Source: Nitrospirota bacterium
Lineage (GTDB): Bacteria; Nitrospirota; UBA9217
Reading direction: 5' to 3'
Length of the DNA stretch: 64,000 bases
Assembly: GCA_963663225.1 (NCBI GenBank)
Contig: OY760142.1
Coordinates: 1,760,001-1,824,000 of the forward strand
The notes under the pieces are model-generated. The model saw only the letters and a program-made list of their open reading frames with translations. It did no database searches and was not told the origin of the DNA. The position numbers and the translations under genes are program-made. Below, piece by piece: positions 27,977 through 38,368 of this stretch. Every line of letters begins with the position of its first letter. The stretch's first letter is position 1.

Positions 27977-30487
27977 ATGAGCAAAGCCAGAGAAAGCAAA
28001 TTCGAATACGACAAACGGGGGCAGGACCGGGATTCTCTCCGGCATTCTCTTTGTAACCGGCTGATATATTCTCTCGGCAAGGACCCAATAACGGCGACGC
28101 ACCGCGACTGGTTTCTCACCACCGCGGATGCGGTGAGGGAACGGCTGATTGAGCGCTGGATGGAGACCATGCGCAGTTATTACGAATCTGATGTCAAACG
28201 CGTTTATTATTTGTCCATGGAATTTCTGATCGGCAGGCTGCTTTCAAACAGCCTGATGAACATGGGTTTTTATGAAGAATGCCGGGAAGCGCTTGAGGAC
28301 CTCGATCTGGATATTAACCGCATCAAGGAACTGGAAGGGGATGCCGGACTCGGGAACGGCGGACTCGGCAGGCTTGCTGCCTGTTTTCTTGACTCCATGG
28401 CAACGCTGAGTCTGCCGGGGTACGGGTACGGCATCCGGTACGAGTACGGAATGTTCTACCAGAAGATCGAGAACGGCGCCCAGGTGGAGCATCCCGACAA
28501 CTGGCTGCGTTATGGGAATCCCTGGGAGTTTGCTCGGCCGGAAGTGATTTTCCCGGTCAAGTTCGGGGGCCGCGTTGTTCAGTTCAAGGATGATCAGGGG
28601 CGCTGCCATTTCCACTGGGTCGACACGGAAGATGTGATGGCCATGGCCTACGATACACCGGTCCCGGGATATGATACGAACACCGTCAACAACATGCGCT
28701 TGTGGTCGGCAAAGGCGTCGCGCGATTTCAACCTCAAGTACTTCAACGAGGGAAATTATATCAAGGCGGTGGAAGACAAGAACGAATCCGAGAACCTCTC
28801 CAAAGTGCTGTATCCGGACGATACCACGCAGATGGGGCGGGAACTGCGGCTGAAACAGCAGTATTTTTTCGTCTGCGCATCGCTTGAAGACATCCTCCGC
28901 CGCTTCACAAAATTTCATCACTCGTTCGATGAACTGCCGGACCGGGTGGCGATCCAGTTGAACGACACGCATCCCTCCATCGCGATTCCCGAATTAATGC
29001 GTATTTTGCTGGATGTCCATCACCTTGACTGGGACCGTGCCTGGGACATTACCCAACGCACATTTTCCTACACCAACCACACGCTCATGCCGGAGGCCCT
29101 GGAAACCTGGCCTGTCAAGCTTTTTGAGTCTGTTTTGCCAAGACATCTTCAGATCATCTACGAAATCAACCGCCGGTTTCTTGATGTGGTGCACCACCAG
29201 TATCCCGGCGATACTGATCTGCTGCGCCGTCTGTCCCTCGTGGACGAGGAGGGAGGGAAACGGCTGCGCATGGCGCATCTTGCCATTGTGGGCAGCCACG
29301 CGGTGAACGGAGTGGCGCGTATTCATACCGACCTTATGAAGAAAACCATCTTCTCGGATTTCGACCGGTTTTTCCCGGGGAAGATCATCAACATCACGAA
29401 CGGCATTACCCCGCGGCGATGGTTGTGCCAGGCCAACCCGGATCTTTCCGCGCTTATTGCCTCACGGATCGGTGCGGGATGGCGCAATAATCTTGCCGAG
29501 CTCAAAAAACTGGTTCCCCTGGCGGAGGACGCCGAATTCCGCAAACAGTTCCGAGCCGTAAAATACAAAAACAAAGAGCGGCTGGCGGAAGTCATTAAAA
29601 CACGTCTTAAGCTGTCGGTGAATGCGGAATCGCTGTTCGACGTCCAGATCAAGCGCATCCATGAATATAAGAGGCAGCTTCTGAACGTGCTGCACATCGT
29701 GACCCGGTACAACCGCATCCGGGAAGGGCGTTCAGCAGAGATGGTTCCGCGCACGTTTATTTTCGCCGGCAAGGCCGCGCCGGGATATGCCATGGCAAAG
29801 CTTATTATCAGACTCATCCACAGCGTCGGCAGCATTGTGAACAACGATCCGGTCGTCGGCGGCATGATCAAAGTGGCTTTTCTTGCCGACTATAACGTGT
29901 CGAATGCGGAAAAAATCATTCCTGCGTGCGACCTGTCCGAACAGATATCCACGGCCGGAACCGAGGCCTCCGGCACCGGAAACATGAAGCTTGCTCTGAA
30001 CGGGGCGCTTACCATCGGAACCCTGGACGGTGCAAATATCGAAATCAGGGAAGAGGTGGGAGACGACAATATTTTCATTTTCGGATTGAACGCCGATGAA
30101 GTGTCCGCACTGCAGGCAGACGGATATGATCCATGGGATTTTTATAACAGCAACGCCGAGCTGAAGCAGACGCTTGATATGATCGCAAACGGTTATTTTT
30201 CCCCGGATGACCCGAACCGGTTCCGGCCTGTCTTTAACGCGCTTACATCCTTCGGCGACCATTTTCTCCTGCTGGCGGACTATGCTTCCTACATTGCCTG
30301 CCAGGAACGGGTGGATGCGCTGTACCGCAATCCCGATGAATGGACCAAGCGCGGAATACTGAACGTTGCCAATATGGGCTGCTTTTCGAGCGATCGGACG
30401 ATCAGAGAGTATACGGAGAAAATCTGGAATGTGAGGCCGATGTGTGCTGTCGTAACGGATACTTCCGGTCAGGAGTGCCGCCGCTGA
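27977..30487 (+). CDS. glgP: Glycogen/alpha-glucan phosphorylase
   Basis: LGNGGLGRLAACF, QLNDTHP, YTNHT, QIKRIHEYKRQ, PLP motif EASGTGNMK. ATG at 27977 after GGAGG. Confidence 0.97.
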   Translation: MSKARESKFEYDKRGQDRDSLRHSLCNRLIYSLGKDPITATHRDWFLTTADAVRERLIERWMETMRSYYESDVKRVYYLSMEFLIGRLLSNSLMNMGFYEECREALEDLDLDINRIKELEGDAGLGNGGLGRLAACFLDSMATLSLPGYGYGIRYEYGMFYQKIENGAQVEHPDNWLRYGNPWEFARPEVIFPVKFGGRVVQFKDDQGRCHFHWVDTEDVMAMAYDTPVPGYDTNTVNNMRLWSAKASRDFNLKYFNEGNYIKAVEDKNESENLSKVLYPDDTTQMGRELRLKQQYFFVCASLEDILRRFTKFHHSFDELPDRVAIQLNDTHPSIAIPELMRILLDVHHLDWDRAWDITQRTFSYTNHTLMPEALETWPVKLFESVLPRHLQIIYEINRRFLDVVHHQYPGDTDLLRRLSLVDEEGGKRLRMAHLAIVGSHAVNGVARIHTDLMKKTIFSDFDRFFPGKIINITNGITPRRWLCQANPDLSALIASRIGAGWRNNLAELKKLVPLAEDAEFRKQFRAVKYKNKERLAEVIKTRLKLSVNAESLFDVQIKRIHEYKRQLLNVLHIVTRYNRIREGRSAEMVPRTFIFAGKAAPGYAMAKLIIRLIHSVGSIVNNDPVVGGMIKVAFLADYNVSNAEKIIPACDLSEQISTAGTEASGTGNMKLALNGALTIGTLDGANIEIREEVGDDNIFIFGLNADEVSALQADGYDPWDFYNSNAELKQTLDMIANGYFSPDDPNRFRPVFNALTSFGDHFLLLADYASYIACQERVDALYRNPDEWTKRGILNVANMGCFSSDRTIREYTEKIWNVRPMCAVVTDTSGQECRR

Positions 30488-30560
30488 TTATGCGGACCGG
30501 CGTAGTCATTTCATTCTAAATAATCATACACGACGAGTACACGCAAAATGGAGGCGGTGA

Positions 30561-31316
30561 ATGGATTCCTTCGCCGAACGGATTGCGGAAGCAGTACGGA
30601 TGATACAAGAAGCCGCGAAGATCACGGTGTTCACCGGGGCCGGCATCTCGACGGAGTCCGGAATATCCGACTTTCGGAGCCCCAACGGCGTGTGGGAACG
30701 GTTTCGCATCATTACCCACCAGGAATTTATGGCAAGTTATGAGGCGCGCGTAGACTACTGGAAGATGAAAAAAGAGCTGTTGCGGGAAATGAAAAACGCA
30801 CGGCCGAACAGCGCGCATCAGGCACTTGCGGCGCTTGAAAAAACCGGCAAGCTTGTCTGTCTTATTACCCAGAATATTGACGGTTTGCACCAGGCGGCCG
30901 GAAGCAAACGGGTCATCGAACTGCACGGCACAAATCTGAAAGCGGTCTGCCTTGATTGTGAAAAAACGTGGCCGATTGAGGAGATTGAAGCACGGCTTAA
31001 TGCAGGAGAACCGGCGCCGGTCTGCGCGTGCGGCGGATTCATCAAACCGGCAACGATCTCTTTCGGACAGGCAATGCCGGAGGATGAAATGATTCAGGCG
31101 CTCAGTTGTGCCGCATCCTGCGATCTTTTTCTCATGATCGGTTCCTCTCTGCAGGTTCAGCCCGCGGCCTCGGTTCCGCGTGAAGCGCATGAGCATGGAG
31201 CAAAACTTATTTTCATCAACAGGACGGAAACCCCCTATGACGGCATCGCCACGCTGCTGTTCAGGGAAAACGCAGGAGACGTGCTGTCCGAAATCATGAA
31301 AAACGTGCTGGCATAA
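30561..31316 (+). CDS. cobB: NAD-dependent protein deacylase (sirtuin)
   Basis: TGAGISTESGI.DFRS, ITQNIDGLH, ELHG, CLDC..CACGG, GSSLQVQPAA, FINR. Confidence 0.93.
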   Translation: MDSFAERIAEAVRMIQEAAKITVFTGAGISTESGISDFRSPNGVWERFRIITHQEFMASYEARVDYWKMKKELLREMKNARPNSAHQALAALEKTGKLVCLITQNIDGLHQAAGSKRVIELHGTNLKAVCLDCEKTWPIEEIEARLNAGEPAPVCACGGFIKPATISFGQAMPEDEMIQALSCAASCDLFLMIGSSLQVQPAASVPREAHEHGAKLIFINRTETPYDGIATLLFRENAGDVLSEIMKNVLA

Positions 31317-31463
31317 GCGGGGCGGCGCTCATCCGCTCGTAAAAACGCTGACATTTTCGAGAAAGGAGGGGGCAATTCCAGGAGGAGGTTTTTTGAAGCC
31401 GGAAAGAACAAGATGTCCATGAATGTTTTCGGATGTTTCATTCTAAAAACCAGGAGGCACAGT

Positions 31464-32531
31464 ATGTCCGTGAGTGTTTTCAGAAAGATTCGCTTTACTA
31501 TTGTAATACTGATGTGTGCGCTGGTATTAGGTGTGAACCTCGGAGCCGAAGCAGCGCCTTCGTCAGGGCTGGTTTCAGAAGATTTATTTGTTCCGGCCAG
31601 CGACCCGGGCATCAACATTTTTGTCCGGAACAAACATTTAAAAAAAATGACCAGGTTTTCCTCCGAACGAATTGTTCTCTACGTTCACGGTGCAACCTAT
31701 CCTGCAGAACCGGCCTTTGACCTGCAGCTGGATGGATTGTCCTGGATGGATTTCATCGCCAAACGCGGCTGGGACGTGTATCTGATGGACGTTCGAGGCT
31801 ATGGCAAGTCAACCCGCCCGCCGCAAATGGATCGTCCCGCGGCTGAAAGCAAGCCCTTCGCCACCACGGATGAAGCAATCAAGGATGTCAGCGCGGTCGT
31901 TGACTTTATCCTCAAGCGGCGGAGTGTTGATAAGGTTAATTTAATCGGCTGGTCCTGGGGCACGGTAATGATGGGCGGATATACCGCCAAAAATAACAAC
32001 AAGGTGGCCAAATTGGTATTATATGGACCGCTCTGGAGCTATACGACGACGCCTCCCTTCACCGTCCCGGAGAATTTGTCCGCATACCGGATGGTGTCGA
32101 TGGATTCGGCAAAACAGCGATGGCTCAGAGGTGTTCCGGAAGACAAACAAGGTACTTTGATTCCTGCCGGGTGGTATGAAGCCTGGGCCAAGGCAACGCT
32201 GGCTTCCGACCCCGGCGGCAGCGCAATGAGTCCTCCGGTGTTGCGGGCCCCGAACGGGGTTTTGCAGGATTTCCGTGACTATTTCCTCGTTGCAAAACCC
32301 TATTATGATCCCTCGGAAATCCGCGTCCCTGCTCTGCTCATTGTGGGCGACTTGGATATGGACACACCTCCGTATATGTCAGAAGCGGTTTTTTCCAAAT
32401 TATCGAACGCGCCGTACAAACGCAGGATAATCATCGGCGACGGGACGCATACCGTGATGATGGAGCGCAATCGCATGCAGTTGTTTAATGAAGTGCAGCA
32501 GTTCCTGGAGGAAAAAGCAGGCACCAAATAA
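31464..32531 (+). CDS. Secreted alpha/beta hydrolase
   Basis: Signal peptide, VHGAT, DVRGYGKS, nucleophile GWSWG, GDLD, GTH. Confidence 0.9.
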   Translation: MSVSVFRKIRFTIVILMCALVLGVNLGAEAAPSSGLVSEDLFVPASDPGINIFVRNKHLKKMTRFSSERIVLYVHGATYPAEPAFDLQLDGLSWMDFIAKRGWDVYLMDVRGYGKSTRPPQMDRPAAESKPFATTDEAIKDVSAVVDFILKRRSVDKVNLIGWSWGTVMMGGYTAKNNNKVAKLVLYGPLWSYTTTPPFTVPENLSAYRMVSMDSAKQRWLRGVPEDKQGTLIPAGWYEAWAKATLASDPGGSAMSPPVLRAPNGVLQDFRDYFLVAKPYYDPSEIRVPALLIVGDLDMDTPPYMSEAVFSKLSNAPYKRRIIIGDGTHTVMMERNRMQLFNEVQQFLEEKAGTK

Positions 32532-32544
32532 AGATTAAGCGTAC

Positions 32545-32581
32545 GAGAGGGCCGTGGTGTGAACCATGGCCCTCTCTCTTA
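32545..32581 (+). terminator. Hairpin/terminator after the hydrolase gene
   Basis: gagagggccgtggt / accatggccctctc stem, followed by a pyrimidine run. Confidence 0.55.
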
Positions 32582-32831
32582 TACCGGACAATCAAATAAT
32601 CTGACGGCTCTGATGCGGTAATCATTCCGATGTCGTTTTTTGCAGTGCCATTTCTCCAGCAATAACGAACATGTTCGCTTCCCTTCCTCTCCTTATTACA
32701 GCCGGCTGCACAATTCTTCCAAATACCCGGCACCTCCAATACATCTCGATTCGCGCTATAATGTGAATAATCGCGTTGCTAATAAGTGTCCGGCCGCTGA
32801 TTTCATTTCCGAAGTTCAAGGAGCCGCTGCC

Positions 32832-33857
32832 ATGAAAGCCCTTTATTATGACGAGTTGAAAGGATACAAGAGCATTAAGGCCGGCGATTTGCCGGTGCCT
32901 GAGATCAACGAGTCTGAAGCTCTTGTCCGCGTGAAAGCCTTTTCCCTGAACCATCTCGATGTGTGGGTGATGAACGGTACATATCCGGTCCGGATTCCGT
33001 TGCCGCATATTTTCGCCTCCGATGCGGCGGGTATCGTGGAAGAGGTGGGGAAAAACGTCCAGCATGTCAGGCCGGGCGACGAAGTGATTATTTTCCCCGG
33101 AATGTCGTGCGGGCATTGCGAACGGTGTATAAGCGGGCGTGACAATGAATGCAGCAGTTTCTCCAATCTCGGCGTTGTCAATAGCGGCGTATCTGCAGAA
33201 TACACAGCCGTTTCCGCCGCAAATCTTTTCAAAAAGCCGGAAGGACTTTCTTTCGAGGAGGCAGCGGGGATCTGCATCACGTACGCAACGGCCTGGAACT
33301 CGCTGGTTGCGCGCGCGGGCATTTGCCAGGGAGACACGGTTCTGATTCATGCAGCCGGCAGCGGGACGGGTACGGCCCTCATCCAGGTCGCTAAACTGTA
33401 TCATGCCACCGTCATCACCACCGTAGGCGACGAATGGAAAGAACCAAAGGCAAAAGCGTTGGGTGCCGACTTTGTCATTAATTACACAAAAGAGGATTTC
33501 GAAACAGCTGTGAAGCGGATAACCGGAGGAAATCTTGTGGACATCGTGGTTGATCATGTCGGGGCTTCGATTTTCAACAAATCTCTTTCCTGTCTGAAGC
33601 GGGGAGGGAAGGCGGTCACCTTTGGCGCTACTGCCGGAAACGACGTCTCTGTCAGCCTGAGGCATTTGTTCGGAAAAAACATCACGATTCATGGGATCTA
33701 TGTCGGGCCGAGGGCCGCAGTCCCTGAGTATCTTAAGCTGTTCCCGCATAATCTCAGAACGGTTGTCGATTCCGTATTCGAGTTCGGGGATGTGCAGAAA
33801 GCGTATGAAAAACTGCTGAGCAGGCAATTTTTCGGTAAAATCATTGTGAACGTTTGA
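32832..33857 (+). CDS. Zinc-binding MDR alcohol dehydrogenase/quinone oxidoreductase-like protein
   Basis: SLNHLD, structural Zn site CGHCERC..NEC, HAAGSGTG, VVDHVG, FFGKII. Confidence 0.9.
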   Translation: MKALYYDELKGYKSIKAGDLPVPEINESEALVRVKAFSLNHLDVWVMNGTYPVRIPLPHIFASDAAGIVEEVGKNVQHVRPGDEVIIFPGMSCGHCERCISGRDNECSSFSNLGVVNSGVSAEYTAVSAANLFKKPEGLSFEEAAGICITYATAWNSLVARAGICQGDTVLIHAAGSGTGTALIQVAKLYHATVITTVGDEWKEPKAKALGADFVINYTKEDFETAVKRITGGNLVDIVVDHVGASIFNKSLSCLKRGGKAVTFGATAGNDVSVSLRHLFGKNITIHGIYVGPRAAVPEYLKLFPHNLRTVVDSVFEFGDVQKAYEKLLSRQFFGKIIVNV

Positions 33858-34069
33858 GGTATGAAACGCAAAAGTCATCTTCCCTGCACACAGCGGTTGC
33901 GAGGAGCACAGCTGTGGTTTTCACGATCCCGGCTTTAAAAACTTTTTTCCCTGTTCATCAACCTGCAGAATTTTCCTGTCCTGAAACAACTTGAAATCCA
34001 GATCGCTTTATGAAATAATAACAAAATTGCAAAAACTGAAAAGGTATTTTTACCGGAGGCCAATACAAG

Positions 34070-34879
34070 ATGATGCTTCTCGAAGCGATACTACTGGGGA
34101 TTGTGCAGGGGGTTACTGAATTCCTGCCGATCAGTTCTTCAGCCCACTTGATTCTTCTCCCCTGGATGTTTGGATGGCATGGCACGTTGATAGACAGCCT
34201 GACCTTTGATGTGGCGCTGCACGCCGGGACGCTTGTTTCAATCCTGGCCTATTTCTGGAAGGACTGGCTGGAGTTGTTCCGCAAGTTTTTCTCCGGACTG
34301 GGCGACGGCACCTGGAAAACCGGGGAAGGCAGGTTCGTATGGTTCATCGTTCTGGCGACGATTCCCGCCGGGATTCTGGGCCTCAAATTCGAGCACATGG
34401 TCGAAGAATATTTCAGAAGCCCCATGCTGATCGTGGTCACCCTCATTGTCGTCAGTGCCTTGATGTGGGTGGTTGACCGTTTTTCATCAAAGCTCGCGAA
34501 TCTTGAGCGGATGACGCTCGGCCATGCCCTGTTTATCGGATGTGCGCAGGCGCTTGCACTGGTGCCGGGAGTGTCCCGCTCCGGCATTACCATTGTCGCA
34601 GGCCTGATGACCGGGTACACGCGTGCGAGCGCTGCGCGGTTTTCTTTCCTTCTGTCCACGCCGGTGATTGCCGGGGCCGCAGTTCTGAAACTGGCGAAAG
34701 TGCATCTTGCCCCCGGAGAACTGGCCCCGTTTTTATTAGGGACTGCTTTTTCCGCACTGGTCGGCTACCTGTGCATAAAATTTTTGCTCCATTATCTGAA
34801 CAGGCATTCTTTAAACCTTTTCATCGGGTATCGTCTGGTTTTGGCTGCTGCCGTCATTCTTTTGCTGGTTGTGCGGTAA
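34070..34879 (+). CDS. uppP: Undecaprenyl-diphosphate phosphatase
   Basis: GIVQGVTEFLPISSSAH, FDVALHAGT, PGVSRSGIT, ARFSFLLS. Confidence 0.97.
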   Translation: MMLLEAILLGIVQGVTEFLPISSSAHLILLPWMFGWHGTLIDSLTFDVALHAGTLVSILAYFWKDWLELFRKFFSGLGDGTWKTGEGRFVWFIVLATIPAGILGLKFEHMVEEYFRSPMLIVVTLIVVSALMWVVDRFSSKLANLERMTLGHALFIGCAQALALVPGVSRSGITIVAGLMTGYTRASAARFSFLLSTPVIAGAAVLKLAKVHLAPGELAPFLLGTAFSALVGYLCIKFLLHYLNRHSLNLFIGYRLVLAAAVILLLVVR

Positions 34880-34953
34880 TTGCCGTAGAAAATCTCCGCA
34901 CGGCCCGGAGCAGCGTGGACGCAGTATGAAAATATCCTGAAGCAAAGGACGTT

Positions 34954-37164
34954 ATGGCAGTCTCTCTTGTCAAACATAAGCACTGGAATGAAATGGCCGG
35001 TCTGCTGCTGCTCGCCCTGGGCCTTCTGATAATGCTTAGCCTCATTTCCTACAGCGCAGCGGACCCCTGTTTCAGCGTTGCGAGCACCGGCGCGGAGCTC
35101 AAAAACTCCATCGGATTGGTCGGCGCCTATTTCTCGGACATTCTCCTCCGGCTTTTCGGAGCTTCCGCCTACCTTATTCCCCTGTTCTTTTTTGGATATG
35201 CCGTGTTTCTGATGCTCGCCAAAGAGGCAGTCCACCCGCATCTCAAAAAAATCGGCGGCGTTGTGCTGTTCATTTCTCTGTCTGCATTTTTCGGGCTTGA
35301 GAGCGAAACCGTCAAATTATTCGGTGAAGAAATCCCGTCGGGAGGCATGCTCGGCGGTATTCTCGCCCGCCTGCTTGTAGGTGGGGTTTCCGCTGTCGGG
35401 GCGCACATTATTACCATTACCGCCGTTATTATTTCCCTTATGCTGCTCACGCCGTTCTCGCCTCTGAAGGCCCTTGCCTGGCTTCGCGCGCAGTATGTCC
35501 GGTTGTCTGAGCATCTGGAGCTCCTTCTCGCCGTTCATCAGGGGCGCAAGGAAAAAGCACGAGAGGCGCGGGAACAGGCAGCCCCTCCTCCCGAACCGCC
35601 AAAAATCGTCGAAGCGCAGAAGCCGCAGCAGGCTGCCGTACAGCCGCGCGTGGTCAGGCCGGAAAAACCGCAAAAACCTGTTCAGGAAGCATTCGGATTC
35701 ATGGAGACAAAGGATGCAAATACCGCCGGAGAAGCGTATCAGCTTCCGGTCCCCGAACTGCTTGACCCGCTGCCGCCTGCGGCAAAAAAAATCTCCAAGG
35801 AGGACATGCTCGCCCAATCGGAGCTGCTTGCCCGCAAGCTGCAGGATTTCGACATCGAGGGCCGGGTGACGCAGGTGTATCCGGGGCCGGTCGTCACCAT
35901 GTTCGAGTACGAACCCGCTCCCGGTGTAAAAGTGAGCAAGATCGTCAATCTTTCCGATGACCTAGCGCTTGCCATGAAGGCCGCGAGCGTGCGCATCGTT
36001 GCGCCGTTGCCGGGCAAGGCCGCCGTGGGGATCGAGGTGCCGAACAACACCCGGGAAACGGTCTATTTCCGGCAGATCATCGAATCGTCCGAGTACCGCG
36101 CGCATAAATCAAAACTCAAGGTGCCGCTGGGAAAGGATATCTTCGGAGCGTCGGTCCTGAGCTCCATCGATAAAATGCCCCACCTCTTGGTTGCGGGTGC
36201 GACGGGTTCGGGCAAGAGCGTGGCCATCAATTCCATCATTCTCGCACTGCTGTACAATGCGCAGCCGAACGAGGTCAAGCTGGTACTGGTCGACCCGAAA
36301 ATGCTGGAGCTTTCTCTCTACAACGATATTCCGCATCTTCTGACACCCGTGGTCACGCAGCCCAAGCGGGCCGCAGAAACATTGCGCGCCCTGGTGGCCG
36401 AAATGGAACGGCGCTACCGCCAGCTGGCTGACAAGGGCTCGAAGAACATCGATTCCTATAACAAGGCGGTGCCCGAGGCCGAGCGCTTGCCGTACATCGT
36501 GGTGATTATCGATGAACTGGCGGACCTGATGATGACCGTGCAGCGCGAGGTGGAAGACTCCATCATGCGCCTGGCGCAGATGGCGCGCGCCGCCGGAATT
36601 CACCTGATTGTGGCAACGCAGCGCCCGAGCGTGGACGTCATCACCGGCCTGATCAAAGCCAATCTGCCGGCGCGCGTTTCCTTCCAGGTTTCGTCCAAAA
36701 CAGACTCGCGCACCATCCTCGACGCCAATGGAGCGGAAAATCTGCTGGGCATGGGCGACATGCTGTTTCAGCCGCCGGGAACCGCCCATCTTATCCGCGT
36801 GCACGGCTGCTTTGTCTCCGAGGCGGAAATCAAACGGGTGGTGGAATTTGTAAAAAAACAGGCAAAACCGAATTATGAACTGCTGGCCCGCCGCGCCAAA
36901 GAGGTTGTGGAAGCGGAGGCCGCGTCCGCGGAAGACAGCGAACGCGACGAACTGTACAACCGCGCCGTGGAGCTTGTGCAGATGAACGGACAGGCATCCA
37001 CGTCTTTTATTCAGCGGAGACTCCGGGTGGGTTACAACCGCGCGGCGCGCATGATCGAAATGATGGAAGAAGACGGCATTGTCGGGCCCGCGGACGGCGC
37101 AAAGCCGCGCCCGGTGCTGGTGCGTAAGAACATGGACGGAACTGTACGGGATTTTGATGAGTAA
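34954..37164 (+). CDS. ftsK: DNA translocase FtsK
   Basis: 4TM N-terminus, GPVVTMFEYEPAPGVKVS, MPHLLVAGATGSGKS, IDELADLMM, ATQRPSVDVITG, gamma domain IQRRLRVGYNRAAR. Confidence 0.97.
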   Translation: MAVSLVKHKHWNEMAGLLLLALGLLIMLSLISYSAADPCFSVASTGAELKNSIGLVGAYFSDILLRLFGASAYLIPLFFFGYAVFLMLAKEAVHPHLKKIGGVVLFISLSAFFGLESETVKLFGEEIPSGGMLGGILARLLVGGVSAVGAHIITITAVIISLMLLTPFSPLKALAWLRAQYVRLSEHLELLLAVHQGRKEKAREAREQAAPPPEPPKIVEAQKPQQAAVQPRVVRPEKPQKPVQEAFGFMETKDANTAGEAYQLPVPELLDPLPPAAKKISKEDMLAQSELLARKLQDFDIEGRVTQVYPGPVVTMFEYEPAPGVKVSKIVNLSDDLALAMKAASVRIVAPLPGKAAVGIEVPNNTRETVYFRQIIESSEYRAHKSKLKVPLGKDIFGASVLSSIDKMPHLLVAGATGSGKSVAINSIILALLYNAQPNEVKLVLVDPKMLELSLYNDIPHLLTPVVTQPKRAAETLRALVAEMERRYRQLADKGSKNIDSYNKAVPEAERLPYIVVIIDELADLMMTVQREVEDSIMRLAQMARAAGIHLIVATQRPSVDVITGLIKANLPARVSFQVSSKTDSRTILDANGAENLLGMGDMLFQPPGTAHLIRVHGCFVSEAEIKRVVEFVKKQAKPNYELLARRAKEVVEAEAASAEDSERDELYNRAVELVQMNGQASTSFIQRRLRVGYNRAARMIEMMEEDGIVGPADGAKPRPVLVRKNMDGTVRDFDE

Positions 37165-37261
37165 AGCATAGAACCTTTTCGGATTGAACGCGGTGCTGCC
37201 AATTTCCCGTTAGAGAACGCGAACAGAAATGCTGCAAATCATTGCCTGAAAGGAAGAAACA

Positions 37262-37567
37262 ATGCCGGAATTTTCCAATCCGTTTACTGTTCTGAAAAAT
37301 GACCGAAAGCTGACCCCCGAAGAGCTGGTGCGTTCTATTCGATTTATGATCGCCGCAGAATATGAAGCCATACAACTCTATCAGCAGACTGCGGAGAGCA
37401 CCGACAACGCACTTGCGAAAGCGGTTCTCTTAGACGTCGCGAACGAGGAAAAAGAGCATGCAGGAGAATTTCTTCGCTTGCTGCGCGAGTTGGACCCGGA
37501 GGAGGAAAATTTTTACAAGGAAGGCTCCGGGGAAGTCGAGGAGATGATCAAGAAGCTGAAAAAATAG
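37262..37567 (+). CDS. Short ferritin-like (rubrerythrin/EncFtn-like half-ferritin) protein
   Basis: AAEYEAIQLY...DVANEEKEHAGEF di-iron motif, 101 aa. Confidence 0.85.
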   Translation: MPEFSNPFTVLKNDRKLTPEELVRSIRFMIAAEYEAIQLYQQTAESTDNALAKAVLLDVANEEKEHAGEFLRLLRELDPEEENFYKEGSGEVEEMIKKLKK

Positions 37568-37619
37568 TCGCTCCCGCTCGAACATCTGTTTTACTTCATC
37601 ATGATGAAGGATTCTACTC

Positions 37620-38315
37620 ATGGACTTTAATTTCCGTACGCAGCGCCGTTCAGCTTCCTTTTTTCTTTTCGTTATCCTTTCCGTGTTCCTCCTGTCGGTC
37701 GTGCCTGCGGCGGAATCAAGAGACATGCTGCTGCACATTGTTACGGACTGTCTTGACGTCAATGCGCGGGATTACTGCGGAACGTGTCTGGCACCCCGCA
37801 CCGGCAGTTCTTGTGCTGCTGACCGCGAATGCAAAGCAACAACGGAGGTTTGGGCGGAAAGCGCCGAATATGTCGTTATCCGCGACAGAAAAATGTGCGG
37901 CTGCCCGTCTGACTTCGTGCATGGCCTTGCAATACCGATCAGCAGAGTGCGCGGCATCGAAGACCCGCAAAAACCGGACGGCATCTGGGATTTTGCATGG
38001 TCAGAGGCGAAAAAGCGGATTCCGGACGAATCCTCGATCGGATTGGCTGTCAACCCATCAGGAAAGCGGAGCCAGGACCAGCTCCACATCCACATCGTCC
38101 GCTTGCAAAATGATACGCGGCAGCGTCTCGCAGGAACAAAACCGCTCTCTGTGCCGACGCTCGACGCCGTCTGGAAAGCCGCAGCGAAAAAGGCGGCGGA
38201 AGAGCATCTGGACGACTACGGTGTTCTGGTGGCAAAAAACCCGAAAAACGGCTTTCTTGTATTGGTCGAAGAACAAAGTCCTGAAAAAGCATATACTCTC
38301 TGGAAATGCCGGTAG
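37620..38315 (+). CDS. cdh: CDP-diacylglycerol pyrophosphatase (HIT-like)
   Basis: Signal/anchor, SRDMLLHIVTDC, LAIP..RVRGIEDP, LAVN..RSQDQLHIHI. Confidence 0.8.
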   Translation: MDFNFRTQRRSASFFLFVILSVFLLSVVPAAESRDMLLHIVTDCLDVNARDYCGTCLAPRTGSSCAADRECKATTEVWAESAEYVVIRDRKMCGCPSDFVHGLAIPISRVRGIEDPQKPDGIWDFAWSEAKKRIPDESSIGLAVNPSGKRSQDQLHIHIVRLQNDTRQRLAGTKPLSVPTLDAVWKAAAKKAAEEHLDDYGVLVAKNPKNGFLVLVEEQSPEKAYTLWKCR

Positions 38316-38368
38316 CAAAGGCCGAAACAAGGTCATTTTCCATCTTTTCAGCCCGCAGTATTTATGAT

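Noticed and set aside
30561-31316. Sirtuin as an anti-phage SIR2 defence effector
   Set aside because: It has canonical CobB length and a Zn site, with no fused or adjacent defence partner.
32622-33878. Long antisense ORFs (also 3620-4624, 26755-27783, 41618-42811, 43382-44254, 50310-51242)
   Set aside because: These are shadow ORFs opposite well-supported genes in GC-rich DNA, with no recognisable motifs.
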